DNA of 64,000 bases from an uncultured Acidobacteriota bacterium (GTDB lineage Bacteria > Acidobacteriota > Thermoanaerobaculia > Multivoradales > JAHEKO01), in NCBI GenBank assembly GCA_963713825.1, contig CAVQNG010000003.1, positions 1,536,001-1,600,000 on the forward strand. Reading direction: 5' to 3'. Positions 9,844 through 19,858 of the stretch are shown here, one piece after another. Position 1 is the stretch's first letter; each line of letters opens with the position of its first letter. The notes beneath the pieces are model-generated. The model was not told the origin of the DNA, ran no database searches, and saw only the letters and a list, made by a program, of their open reading frames with translations. The position numbers and the translations under genes are program-made.

Positions 9844-12800
9844 ATGAAGTACCCGACTAGAGCCTTGGTCTTTCTGGGCTTGGCGCTCTGTGCCGGCATG
9901 GTGTTTGGACAGGGTCTCACCACAGGAGTCCTGTCCGGTGTGGTCACCGATGCCGACAACGCCGTCCTGCCTGGCGTCAGTGTCGAAGCTGTTCACATCG
10001 ACACCGGCACCCGCTATTCAGGTCAGACTGGAGCGGATGGTCGCTTCAGCTTTCAGAATGTTCGACCCGGTTCCTATATCGTCACCACCGCTCTTGAGGG
10101 CTTTCACCCACAAGAGGTGACCGATCCTGTGGTCGCCTTGGGTGAGGCGACCGTTCTCTCCTTTCGTTTGGAGCTCGAAACGGTCACCGAAACCGTGACG
10201 GTGGTGGGCGAGTCCAATCCGCTGATCACCCCATCGCGAACGGGTAACGCGAGCAATGTCTCGACTCAGCAGATCCAGAGTCTGCCCAACATCGATCGCG
10301 GGTTCAACGACTTCGCCCGTTTGAACCCCTTCATGGTTCCGCAGGCGGAGAACGAAGACCCCGATGCCATCAGCGTCGCCGGTCGCAGCACGCGCTTCAA
10401 CAACATTCAGATCGATGGGGCGGTGAACAACGACTTGTTCGGCCTGGCTGACTCGGGCACTCCAGGTGGTCAGACCGAGACGCCGCCCATCAGCATGGAT
10501 GCCATCCAGGAGATCAAGCTGGTGGTGGCCGACTTCGACGTCCGCAACGGCGGCTTCACAGGTGGCAGCATCAACGCCATCACTCGCAACGGCACCAACG
10601 CCTTCAAGGGCTCGGTGTTCTACTACTCCCTGGACTCCGATCTGGTCGGCTCCGGCAAAGAAGAGCTGGGCGAGCCCGGCACCTTCGATGAGGAGCAGTA
10701 TGGCTTCCGTATCGGGGGTCCTATCAAGAAGGACAAGATCTTCTTCTTCGCCAATGGCGAGGTCGGCGAGCGCAATAGTGCCACTGGATGGTCCCTGGAC
10801 GGAGCCAGTGGTCAGTGCTTCGGCGGCTGCGATCCCTTTGTCCAGGCCGAGGCGGCCCGATTCAAGAACATCCTTCAGAGCGAGTACAGTTTCAATCCGG
10901 GAGAGTTCTCCGAGTTGGTTCGACCCACCAGCTCGGACAGGTGGTTCCTGCGCTTCGACTTCAACGCCGGTACCCAACACCAGATCACGGCCCGTTGGAA
11001 CTACGTCGATGCGGCGAATCTGATCAACCGCCCCGGTTCCAGCACCTACGAGTGGGACAGCGAGGCCTACGACATCACTGACGTTACCAACTCTCTGGTG
11101 GCTGCGGTCAACAGCACCTTTGGCTCGAACAAGTTCAACGAGTTCCGGCTGACGTACCAGACCGTCGAGGATCGTCGTCCGCCGGTCTCCACCTTCCCCT
11201 GGATCGAGGTCGAAGACCTGAATCGGGACCTGGGTTACTTCGAAGAATTCGAGGCCGGGAGCGAGCCGTTTTCGGTGCGCAACGCCCTGGATCAGAATGT
11301 CATCGAGTTGACCGACAACTTCACCTGGTTGATGGGGAATCACACCCTCACTTTTGGAACTCACAACGAGTTCTTCAACTTCGACAATCTCTTTATCCAG
11401 AACGCCTACGGATCCTACGAGTTCCGCACCATGGATGACTTCGCAGAGGGGATCGCCTGGCGTTACCGCTGGACATTCGTCAACCCGGGTCAATCCGATT
11501 CACAGAAGTTCGATGTCAATCAGTGGGGCTTCTACGGTGGCGATCAGTGGGCGGTGAAGCCCAACCTCACCCTGACCTATGGTCTGCGGGTGGACATTCC
11601 GTTCTTCCCCGACGAGCCGAGCGCCAACCCCTTCACCGAGGAGACCTATGGCGTCGCGACCAACAACATGCCGGATGGCGAGCAGCTGTGGCAGCCTCGC
11701 TTCGGCTTCAACTGGGACATCGGCAACGACGGCCAGCAGCAGCTCCGTGGTGGCCTCGGTGTCTTTGCGGGCCGGACTCCTTATGTTTGGATCTCCAACC
11801 AGTACGCCCGAACCGGCATCGAGCAGACTTTCATTGAAGCCACGGGAGCGATCAGGTTCAACCCGGATCCATTCGGTCAGCCACCGGAAGACGCCGTTGG
11901 CAGCGCGTCGTTTGGTGAGTTCAATCTCATCGATCCGGGCTTCAAGTTCCCGCAGGTGATGCGGTACAACCTGGCCTACGACCGGCAGCTCCCCTGGTCG
12001 AATCTGGTCGGCTCTGCCGAGCTCATCTACACCGACAGCATCGAGGAGGTCGACTACAAGGACCTGAATATCACCGAGACGGGTGAGACGATTTCCTTCG
12101 ACGGTCGGCCGCTGTTCACCAGGGTCGACCCCGATGTGAGCGGTGCCTACTACATCACCAACACCGACAGGGGTGATTCCACCAATTTCGCCCTCAAGTT
12201 GGAGAAGCCCTACCGAGGCGGGTTGTGGGGATACGTCTCCTACGCCTATGGCGACTCCAATGTGGTCAACGACGGCACGTCGAGCCGGGCTGTCTCGAAC
12301 TTCCAGTACAACGAGCAGCTCAACCCCAACGATGCAATAGCGTCGACGTCTGATTTTTCGGTGGAGCACCGTTTCAATTTAACTCTCTCCTACCGATTCA
12401 ACGACGGAGGCCGATGGCCCACGACGATCTCGGGCTTCTACAACCTGCAATCGGGAAGGCCCTACACCTACATCTACGGCAGTCAGAACTTCCGGAGCAT
12501 CAACCAGGACAACTACTACTCCAACGACCTGCTGTACGTGCCGGCGGGGCCGGACGATGTCGTGCTGAGTAACGGTACCTGGGCTGACCTGGATGCCTTT
12601 ATCTCCTCGGAGGAGTGCCTCAATAGCAAGCGCGGTGGGATCGTCGATCGCAACGACTGTGCTGCGCCTTGGTTCGAGACGCTGGACATCCACCTGGCGC
12701 AGGACATCCCGATCAAGAACACCAACATTCAGGTCACCTTCGACATCCTGAATGTCATGAACCTACTGGACAGCGAGGCGGGTTCGGTCAGCTATGCCGC

Positions 12801-12966
12801 TTTTAATACCCTGAGTCCCATCAGCTATGACGGGATCACGGACGATGGCAAGCCGATCTACGGTCTATCTCGGGTCATCACCGATCCGGACGACAACAAC
12901 AAGTACGATTTCCACTCGCTCCAGTCGCGCTGGAGAATGAAGTGGGGAATCCGCTGGAGCTTCTAG
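9844..12966 (+). CDS. Oar-like TonB-dependent receptor with N-terminal carboxypeptidase-regulatory-like domain
   Basis: Signal peptide, LSGVVTD..LPGVSV domain, plug motifs (IDGAVNND, GGSINAITRNGTN), C-terminal Phe; SD AAGGAGG. Confidence 0.92.
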   Translation: MKYPTRALVFLGLALCAGMVFGQGLTTGVLSGVVTDADNAVLPGVSVEAVHIDTGTRYSGQTGADGRFSFQNVRPGSYIVTTALEGFHPQEVTDPVVALGEATVLSFRLELETVTETVTVVGESNPLITPSRTGNASNVSTQQIQSLPNIDRGFNDFARLNPFMVPQAENEDPDAISVAGRSTRFNNIQIDGAVNNDLFGLADSGTPGGQTETPPISMDAIQEIKLVVADFDVRNGGFTGGSINAITRNGTNAFKGSVFYYSLDSDLVGSGKEELGEPGTFDEEQYGFRIGGPIKKDKIFFFANGEVGERNSATGWSLDGASGQCFGGCDPFVQAEAARFKNILQSEYSFNPGEFSELVRPTSSDRWFLRFDFNAGTQHQITARWNYVDAANLINRPGSSTYEWDSEAYDITDVTNSLVAAVNSTFGSNKFNEFRLTYQTVEDRRPPVSTFPWIEVEDLNRDLGYFEEFEAGSEPFSVRNALDQNVIELTDNFTWLMGNHTLTFGTHNEFFNFDNLFIQNAYGSYEFRTMDDFAEGIAWRYRWTFVNPGQSDSQKFDVNQWGFYGGDQWAVKPNLTLTYGLRVDIPFFPDEPSANPFTEETYGVATNNMPDGEQLWQPRFGFNWDIGNDGQQQLRGGLGVFAGRTPYVWISNQYARTGIEQTFIEATGAIRFNPDPFGQPPEDAVGSASFGEFNLIDPGFKFPQVMRYNLAYDRQLPWSNLVGSAELIYTDSIEEVDYKDLNITETGETISFDGRPLFTRVDPDVSGAYYITNTDRGDSTNFALKLEKPYRGGLWGYVSYAYGDSNVVNDGTSSRAVSNFQYNEQLNPNDAIASTSDFSVEHRFNLTLSYRFNDGGRWPTTISGFYNLQSGRPYTYIYGSQNFRSINQDNYYSNDLLYVPAGPDDVVLSNGTWADLDAFISSEECLNSKRGGIVDRNDCAAPWFETLDIHLAQDIPIKNTNIQVTFDILNVMNLLDSEAGSVSYAAFNTLSPISYDGITDDGKPIYGLSRVITDPDDNNKYDFHSLQSRWRMKWGIRWSF

Positions 12967-12991
12967 TCGATCGACTGAAGATGAGAACTTT

Positions 12992-13021
12992 CGGGGACCG
13001 CCTGGCGGTCCCCGTTTTTTT
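12992..13021 (+). terminator. Intrinsic terminator
   Basis: CGGGGACCGC-CTG-GCGGTCCCCG stem followed by T7. Confidence 0.9.
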
Positions 13022-13066
13022 CGCCCACGCCCTTGGTCGCGGGCTCGGGAAGTGAGGTTGGAGCAT

Positions 13067-13174
13067 CCGTCCTCCTGCGAACCACCCGGACGGGTCTCCA
13101 CGAGAAGAGGATCATCTGCCCAGGACCCAGGACCCAGGACCCAGGACCCAGAACCCAGGACCCAGGACCCAGGG
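13067..13174 (+). repeat. Partial copy of the dispersed repeat (3' arm) plus an 8x CCCAGGA heptamer array
   Basis: CCGTCCTCCTGCGAACCACCCGGACGGGTCTCCACGAGAAGAGGATCATCTGCC matches 18182-18235; heptamers span 13119-13174. Confidence 0.85.
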
Positions 13175-13207
13175 CCTGCAGAGCCTGAACGATTTGCGGG
13201 CCCTGCT

Positions 13208-13945
13208 CTAGTCTTGCCGGTGCACGACGGTGGCGGTTGCCTGGTCGCGGGGGCGGACGACGATCTCGTCGATGTTGACGTGGGAAGGCCGGGTCGCCGC
13301 CCAGGTGATGCAGTCGGCCACGTCCTCGGAAGCCAGGGGCGTCATCCCCTTGTAGACAGCCGCTGCCTTTTCGGCGTCTTGATCGAAGCGGACCATCGAG
13401 AACTCCGTCTCCACCAGACCCGGGCAGATCTCCGTCACCCGGATCGGCTTGCCCACCAATTCGACTCGCAGGGTCTTGGTAAGGGCGCGAACGGCATGCT
13501 TGGCACCGGTGTAGCCAGCACCACCGGGATAGGTCTCGAAACCGGCGATCGAGCCGACGTTGACGACGTGCCCCCCCCCCGAGGCAAGGAGCGCTGGCAG
13601 AAGTGAGCGCGTCATGCGTGCCAGGCCGAGGAAATTCACTTCCCACATGGTTCTCCAGCGCTCGTCCGATGCCGCCTCGATCCGATCGACTCCCAAGGCT
13701 CCACCGGCGTTGTTGACCAGCAGGTCGAGCCTGTCGATCGGCGCCACGAATGCTTCGACGCTGTCCGGGTCCGTCACGTCGAGCTGTTGAAAGCGGGCGC
13801 CAATGGGCTCGGCCACCGCCTGCAGGCGCTCCGTCCTGCGCGCCCCGAGAAGCACTTCGAACCCAGCCTGACTCAGGGCTACCGCGGTGGCTGCACCGAT
13901 CCCAGAACTGGCGCCTGTCACGACTGCTAGTTTCTTCTCACCCAT
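13208..13945 (-). CDS. SDR family oxidoreductase (YdfG-like)
   Basis: TGASSGIG, NNAG, YxxxK (YTGAK), RPSHVNI. Confidence 0.92.
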   Translation of the reverse strand: MGEKKLAVVTGASSGIGAATAVALSQAGFEVLLGARRTERLQAVAEPIGARFQQLDVTDPDSVEAFVAPIDRLDLLVNNAGGALGVDRIEAASDERWRTMWEVNFLGLARMTRSLLPALLASGGGHVVNVGSIAGFETYPGGAGYTGAKHAVRALTKTLRVELVGKPIRVTEICPGLVETEFSMVRFDQDAEKAAAVYKGMTPLASEDVADCITWAATRPSHVNIDEIVVRPRDQATATVVHRQD

Positions 13946-13957
13946 CGCAAGGAGCTC

Positions 13958-14662
13958 CTATATCTCGGCCGCGGGACACAGGTCGAGCAGCACGCAGTCG
14001 GCGCAGGCCGGCTTGCGGGCCTTGCAGACCTGCCGGCCGTGGAAAATCAGCAGATGTGCCCAAATCGTCCAGTCGTCCTGTGGAACCAACGCCATGAGAT
14101 CCGACTCGATTTTCACCGGGTTGCTCTCGCCGGTGAGACCCAGGCGGTTCGACAGTCGCCCCACATGGGTGTCCACAACGACTCCCTCGTCGATTCCGAA
14201 AGCGTTCCCTAAGACCACGTTGGCGGTCTTGCGGCCGACACCGGGTAGGGATGAGAGCTCCTTCATCGTGGCGGGGACCTCGCCTTCATGGTCGCTTTGC
14301 AGAGCTTGACCGAGGCCCTGGAGGGACTTCGCCTTGTTGCGATAGAACCCGGTGGAGCGGATGATCTCTTCGAGCTCGACCATGTCGGCGGCGGCGAAGG
14401 AGGCGGCGTCTGGAAAGCGTTCGAACAGGGCCGGAGTCACCATGTTCACTCGCTTGTCTGTGCACTGCGCCGAGAGGATCGTGGCGACCAGAAGCTGGAG
14501 TGGGGAGCGGTGCTCGAGAGCGCAGCAGGCGTCGGGATACTCCTCCTTGAGTCGTTGGAGGATCTCTTCTGTCCGTTGCGCCTTTTTCGGCTTGGACTCG
14601 CGTCTCGCCTTGGCGGGCGTCAAGCGGCCCTTGCGGGTCACTTTCTCAGGCTGGGAAGTCAT
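13958..14662 (-). CDS. nth: Endonuclease III
   Basis: LSAQCTD, HhH LPGVGRKTAN, VDTHV, and C-terminal 4Fe-4S motif CKARKPACADCVLLDLC. Confidence 0.96.
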   Translation of the reverse strand: MTSQPEKVTRKGRLTPAKARRESKPKKAQRTEEILQRLKEEYPDACCALEHRSPLQLLVATILSAQCTDKRVNMVTPALFERFPDAASFAAADMVELEEIIRSTGFYRNKAKSLQGLGQALQSDHEGEVPATMKELSSLPGVGRKTANVVLGNAFGIDEGVVVDTHVGRLSNRLGLTGESNPVKIESDLMALVPQDDWTIWAHLLIFHGRQVCKARKPACADCVLLDLCPAAEI

Positions 14663-14675
14663 GGTCGAAGAGCCT

Positions 14676-15020
14676 TCAATCGCTGGAGAGGGCGCGAACG
14701 ATCCAGTTGAACAGCGCCATCACCAGGCCGCCGAGGATCGCCGGAAAGCAGCCGTCGATGGTCAGGCCATTGAGCAGAAAGCTCGCCAGATACAACAAGG
14801 CACCGTTGATGACGATGAAGAACAGGCCCAGGGTGAGGACGATGAAGGGCAACGAGAGGAGGACCACCAGGGGGCGTACCAGGAGATTGATGCCGCCGAC
14901 CACCAGGCCGGTGAGCAGTAGGTACCAGATATCTCCCTGGTAGTGAATGCCGGGCACGACTTTGGCCACCAGCAAAATGGCGATCCCGTTGAGTACGATT
15001 TGAATCAGGGCTCTCAACAT
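14676..15020 (-). CDS. YvlD/DUF360 ('phage holin 4'-family) membrane protein
   Basis: Four hydrophobic segments; INLLVRP and TLGLFFIVING motifs. Confidence 0.85.
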   Translation of the reverse strand: MLRALIQIVLNGIAILLVAKVVPGIHYQGDIWYLLLTGLVVGGINLLVRPLVVLLSLPFIVLTLGLFFIVINGALLYLASFLLNGLTIDGCFPAILGGLVMALFNWIVRALSSD

Positions 15021-15063
15021 GGCCGAAACTCCTTACACGATCTCGGGAGTCTGATCTCCCGTT

Positions 15064-15660
15064 TCAGTTGGTGGTTTCCTCGTCGTCAGGTAGCGTCCAC
15101 GAGGGCAGGGATGCCGGATCCAGGCCGACGGATTGCAGCGCAGATTCCCACATACCGTCAGGGTCCTCGGCGAAGAGGAGATCCTCCGACACGGGCGCTG
15201 TGAGCCAGTCATTGCGCACGATCTCGTCCATCAACTGCCCAGCTCCCCAGCCCGCATAACCGAGAAGGAGACGAAAGTGCTCAGGTGGGTTCTGGGCGAG
15301 CCTGTCGAGGTCTTCCAACTGCTGGCCGATCCGAATGCCGGGTTGGACCTCTGTCGTTGTCACCGAGTAGAGCGGGTCGTCCTCGGAACCGCGGTCGCGA
15401 AAAAGGAGCGTTCCCATCTGAGATTGGACGGGGCCGCCGAAAAAGGCGGTGGCATCCTTCACGCCGTGCCAGCGAATCTCCATACCATCGAGGATGTCTT
15501 CGATGGGTAGCTCCGTCGGTCGGTTGACGATGAATCCGACGCTTCCCTCCTCGTTGTGGTGCACCAGCAGGACCACGGCCTTGTGAAAGAACGGGTCGAG
15601 AACCTGCGGCATGGCCAGGAGCAGCACCGGGGTTTCGAGGTCAGTGGTACCCACAGACAT
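15064..15660 (-). CDS. YqgE/AlgH family protein
   Basis: LLAMP..DPFF, GFIVNRP, GGPV, GYAGWGAGQL..E...NDW. Start is 15660 or 15669. Confidence 0.93.
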   Translation of the reverse strand: MSVGTTDLETPVLLLAMPQVLDPFFHKAVVLLVHHNEEGSVGFIVNRPTELPIEDILDGMEIRWHGVKDATAFFGGPVQSQMGTLLFRDRGSEDDPLYSVTTTEVQPGIRIGQQLEDLDRLAQNPPEHFRLLLGYAGWGAGQLMDEIVRNDWLTAPVSEDLLFAEDPDGMWESALQSVGLDPASLPSWTLPDDEETTN

Positions 15661-15719
15661 TGACTTCATCTTATCCCGACTTGGAAGTCGCGAGGCTCGT
15701 CCTGCAAGGGCGAGGTAGC

Positions 15720-15748
15720 AAAAAAAAGGTCGCGCTTTTGCGCGACCT
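15720..15748 (-). terminator. Intrinsic terminator downstream of the tRNA
   Basis: On the minus strand AGGTCGCGC-AAAA-GCGCGACCT followed by a T-run. Confidence 0.88.
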
Positions 15749-15757
15749 CGGACTGGC

Positions 15758-15834
<77 letters not shown>

Positions 15835-15867
15835 TCAGTTGTCGCCGCCCCATAGGGCGGAGAAGCA

Positions 15868-15897
15868 ATGTTGGCATACCGTCGGCTGCGCTGTCAA
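15868..15897 (-). promoter_or_regulatory. Putative sigma70 promoter for the tRNA
   Basis: Perfect TTGACA, 18-nt spacer, weak -10 CAACAT. Confidence 0.45.
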
Positions 15898-16009
15898 TCA
15901 ATCTTGGAATGGGCCGCTGGGTAGGCGGCACCGCTGGCAGGTCGCTTGAGAGAGACCGAGTTTGCGGGTACTCTTGTTGGGGCTCGAACGGTAGGAGCCT
16001 TGTTGCTGA

Positions 16010-17359
<1,350 letters not shown>

Positions 17360-17367
17360 TTCGAAAC

Positions 17368-17736
17368 GTGTCCTCCGAGTCGCCAAGACCCTTTCCCCGC
17401 TTGCTGGCACTGGTTGTCGGGTGCTTTCTGTTGCTGCTCGGCCTGGCTGCCTTGAGCAGCTATCGGGACCTGGCTGCAGCGCGAGATCGCAGGCAGGCTT
17501 TGCAGGGGGAGATTCAGCAGACCGGGGCTGAGAATGACGAATTGGTGCGACGTATCGAGCGTCTGCGCAGTGACCCGGCGACCCTCGAGCGCCTCGCCAG
17601 GGAGCAGTACCGCATGATGCGCCCCGACGACCTCGTGATCGTCATTCCGGCGGGTCCCGAAGAAGTGCCTGCTATCGAGGTGGCCTCCGAGGTCGAGGAC
17701 GCCTCGCCGGCGATCACCCCCGACCCTGAGGGTTGA
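17368..17736 (+). CDS. ftsB: Septum formation initiator FtsB/DivIC
   Basis: TM plus coiled coil plus LERLAREQYRMMRPDD; conserved eno-ftsB synteny. Confidence 0.85.
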   Translation: MSSESPRPFPRLLALVVGCFLLLLGLAALSSYRDLAAARDRRQALQGEIQQTGAENDELVRRIERLRSDPATLERLAREQYRMMRPDDLVIVIPAGPEEVPAIEVASEVEDASPAITPDPEG

Positions 17737-18341
17737 GGCGTTCGGTCGTACCGCCCTCCCGTCCTGGGGCTTGGGCCCTGGGTCCTGCACAGAAGGCCAT
17801 CTTCGTGTAGAGCCCCATCCGGGTGGTCCGCAGGCTCTGCCCCGTCGATCTGAGCCGTTGGTCATTTGGGGGTCCGACGCGGGGCCCCCAGGGGGCTATC
17901 CTCCCTTCCACAGCAACCAACCCCCTGGAGGTCCCCACGCCGAACCCTCACACGTTGGAGAGACCTCGCACCGAGCTGTGGACTCCTGGGCCCTGTAGCC
18001 CGTAAGCCTGTACCGCCTCCTTTGGTGCTAGAGGTTCGTTCGGTTGGTTCGACAGGGGGGCTCTCGACCAGCGCAGCGCAGAAGCCGTCGAAGTGCACGA
18101 CAGATCTGGCGCGCCGGAGAGCGCAGGTGGCGGCCTGTCCGTCAAAGTCTGAGTAGCCGACCAAAGTCTGAGTAGCCGACGCCGTCCCCCTGCGAGCCAC
18201 CCGGACGGGCCTCTACGAGAAGAAGATCATCTGCCTGGGACGCAGGTCTCAAGTCCATGAGGGCCAGCCGAAGGTACGACGGCCACCTCAACCCCCACGC
18301 CCTCAAAGATCGTCCGGAAGCGACGCCCGGACGCCTCAACC
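17731..18341. repeat. Composite dispersed repeat between convergent ftsB and antiporter genes
   Basis: Bounded by GGTTGAGGCG/CGCCTCAACC. Contains an inverted 3'-arm copy (~17779-17834), a hairpin (17870-17947), the full core (18030-18214) and TCAACC hairpin units. Confidence 0.85.
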
Positions 18342-19775
18342 TGCTTTCTTGCGCTCTCCGCGCGCCAAGGTGACCTTGAGCACGGGTGGAGTCATCAGGG
18401 TGGTGACGATGACCATGATGACCACCGCAGAAAAGATGGCCGACGAGATGACTGGTCGGCCGTGAAGCACGAGGCTGGCGCCGATACCCGCGAAGATGAG
18501 ACCGACTTCGCCTCGCGGCACCATGCCGACAGCCACCGAGATTCGATCGAGCCCTTTTTCCAAGACACCGAAGGCGCAAACCATCTTGCCGATGATGGCC
18601 GCGACCGAGAGCAGCGCGGCAAAGCCCAGAACGCCCTTCTCACCAAAGGTCGAGAGATCGACCTTGATTCCCATCAAGACGAAGAAGACCGGAACCAGGA
18701 AGGTTGTGATGGGATGGATGAGCTCCTCCAATTGGTGTTCACCGCGGTTGAGAAAGTCCTGGAAGTGCGCATCTTCGAGGATTAGGCCTGCCGCGAACGC
18801 GCCGACGATCGGAGCCAGCTCGATGACATTGGCCAGGTAGGCAAGAAGAAAGCAGAAGGAGAGTGAAATCGTCAGCAGGAGGCCGCGAATCTGGAGCCGA
18901 CTGAAGACTCTGAAGAGTCGAGGCGAGAGCCAGCCTCCAAGGAGGATGGCTCCGACGAGAAACCCGGCCGCCTTGAGAACGATCAGCAGTACGTCCATGC
19001 TGGCCAGGGTGCCGCCAGTGTTCGCGGCGCTAATGACGCCGGAGACGACGGCCAGAATTACCAATCCGAGAACGTCGTCGATGACCGCCGCGCCGAGAAT
19101 GATCTTCGACTCGCGGGTCGTCACCTTGCCGAGATCGGTCAGGACCCTGGCGGTGATTCCGACGCTGGTGGCGCAGAGGGTGGCGCCAATAAAGAGATGC
19201 ACTAGAAGTTCTTCCTGGGGCAGAAACCAAGCCGACACTCCCCAGCCCAGAAAAAAGGGAGCCACGACACCGAGGATGGCAACGAGGAGGCTGGAAGCAC
19301 CGACAGAGAGCATTTCGCCGATATTGGATTCGAGTCCAACCTCGAAGAGCAGCAGGATGACGCCAATCTCAGCCAGAATAGCGATGCCCTCATTGGTGCC
19401 CAGAAATTCGAAACTCGTCACTCCGAGCAGAGCGAGGTTCCCGATCACGACACCGGCCACCAGCTCGCCCAGAACTGCCGGTTGATGGAATCGTTCAGCC
19501 AGCTCACCACCGATCTTGGCGGCGACGAGGATGATCACCAGCCCGAGGAGTACTGGAGTGACGGGGCTCGCATGACCGGCATGGGAGCCTTCGTCTGAGG
19601 AACCGTGAAAGGCCTGGTCGTCTCCCGCGCTGCGGCTCTCGGCCTCGTGGCTCTCCGCAGCGGCCGTCTCGTCCTTTTCAGCCTCCTGACTGCCAGTCGC
19701 CCAGAGCCCAGTGACTGGCCCGAGAAGGACACTAAGGATTGCGATGAGTAGACCCGCTGGAATTAGACGTCGCAT
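18336..19775 (-). CDS. Cation:proton antiporter (CPA2, NapA-like)
   Basis: Many TMs; LLFEVGLE, ATSVGIT, AAVIDDVLG, PRGEVGLI. Confidence 0.93.
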   Translation of the reverse strand: MRRLIPAGLLIAILSVLLGPVTGLWATGSQEAEKDETAAAESHEAESRSAGDDQAFHGSSDEGSHAGHASPVTPVLLGLVIILVAAKIGGELAERFHQPAVLGELVAGVVIGNLALLGVTSFEFLGTNEGIAILAEIGVILLLFEVGLESNIGEMLSVGASSLLVAILGVVAPFFLGWGVSAWFLPQEELLVHLFIGATLCATSVGITARVLTDLGKVTTRESKIILGAAVIDDVLGLVILAVVSGVISAANTGGTLASMDVLLIVLKAAGFLVGAILLGGWLSPRLFRVFSRLQIRGLLLTISLSFCFLLAYLANVIELAPIVGAFAAGLILEDAHFQDFLNRGEHQLEELIHPITTFLVPVFFVLMGIKVDLSTFGEKGVLGFAALLSVAAIIGKMVCAFGVLEKGLDRISVAVGMVPRGEVGLIFAGIGASLVLHGRPVISSAIFSAVVIMVIVTTLMTPPVLKVTLARGERKKAG

Positions 19776-19858
19776 CGGCTTCTCCTATTGGTCGGGATCT
19801 GCGAAACGGGACTCATCCTACCACTCGGGAATGAGCCTTTCGGGCTGGCGCTGCGGTC

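Noticed and set aside
12963-13646. ORF with GPGSWVL repeats
   Set aside because: Translation of the heptamer array in an off-frame overlap with the SDR gene.
14676-15020. Holin-family gene as a sign of a prophage
   Set aside because: The YvlD/DUF360 family is usually chromosomal; no phage genes, integrase or att duplication at the nearby tRNA.
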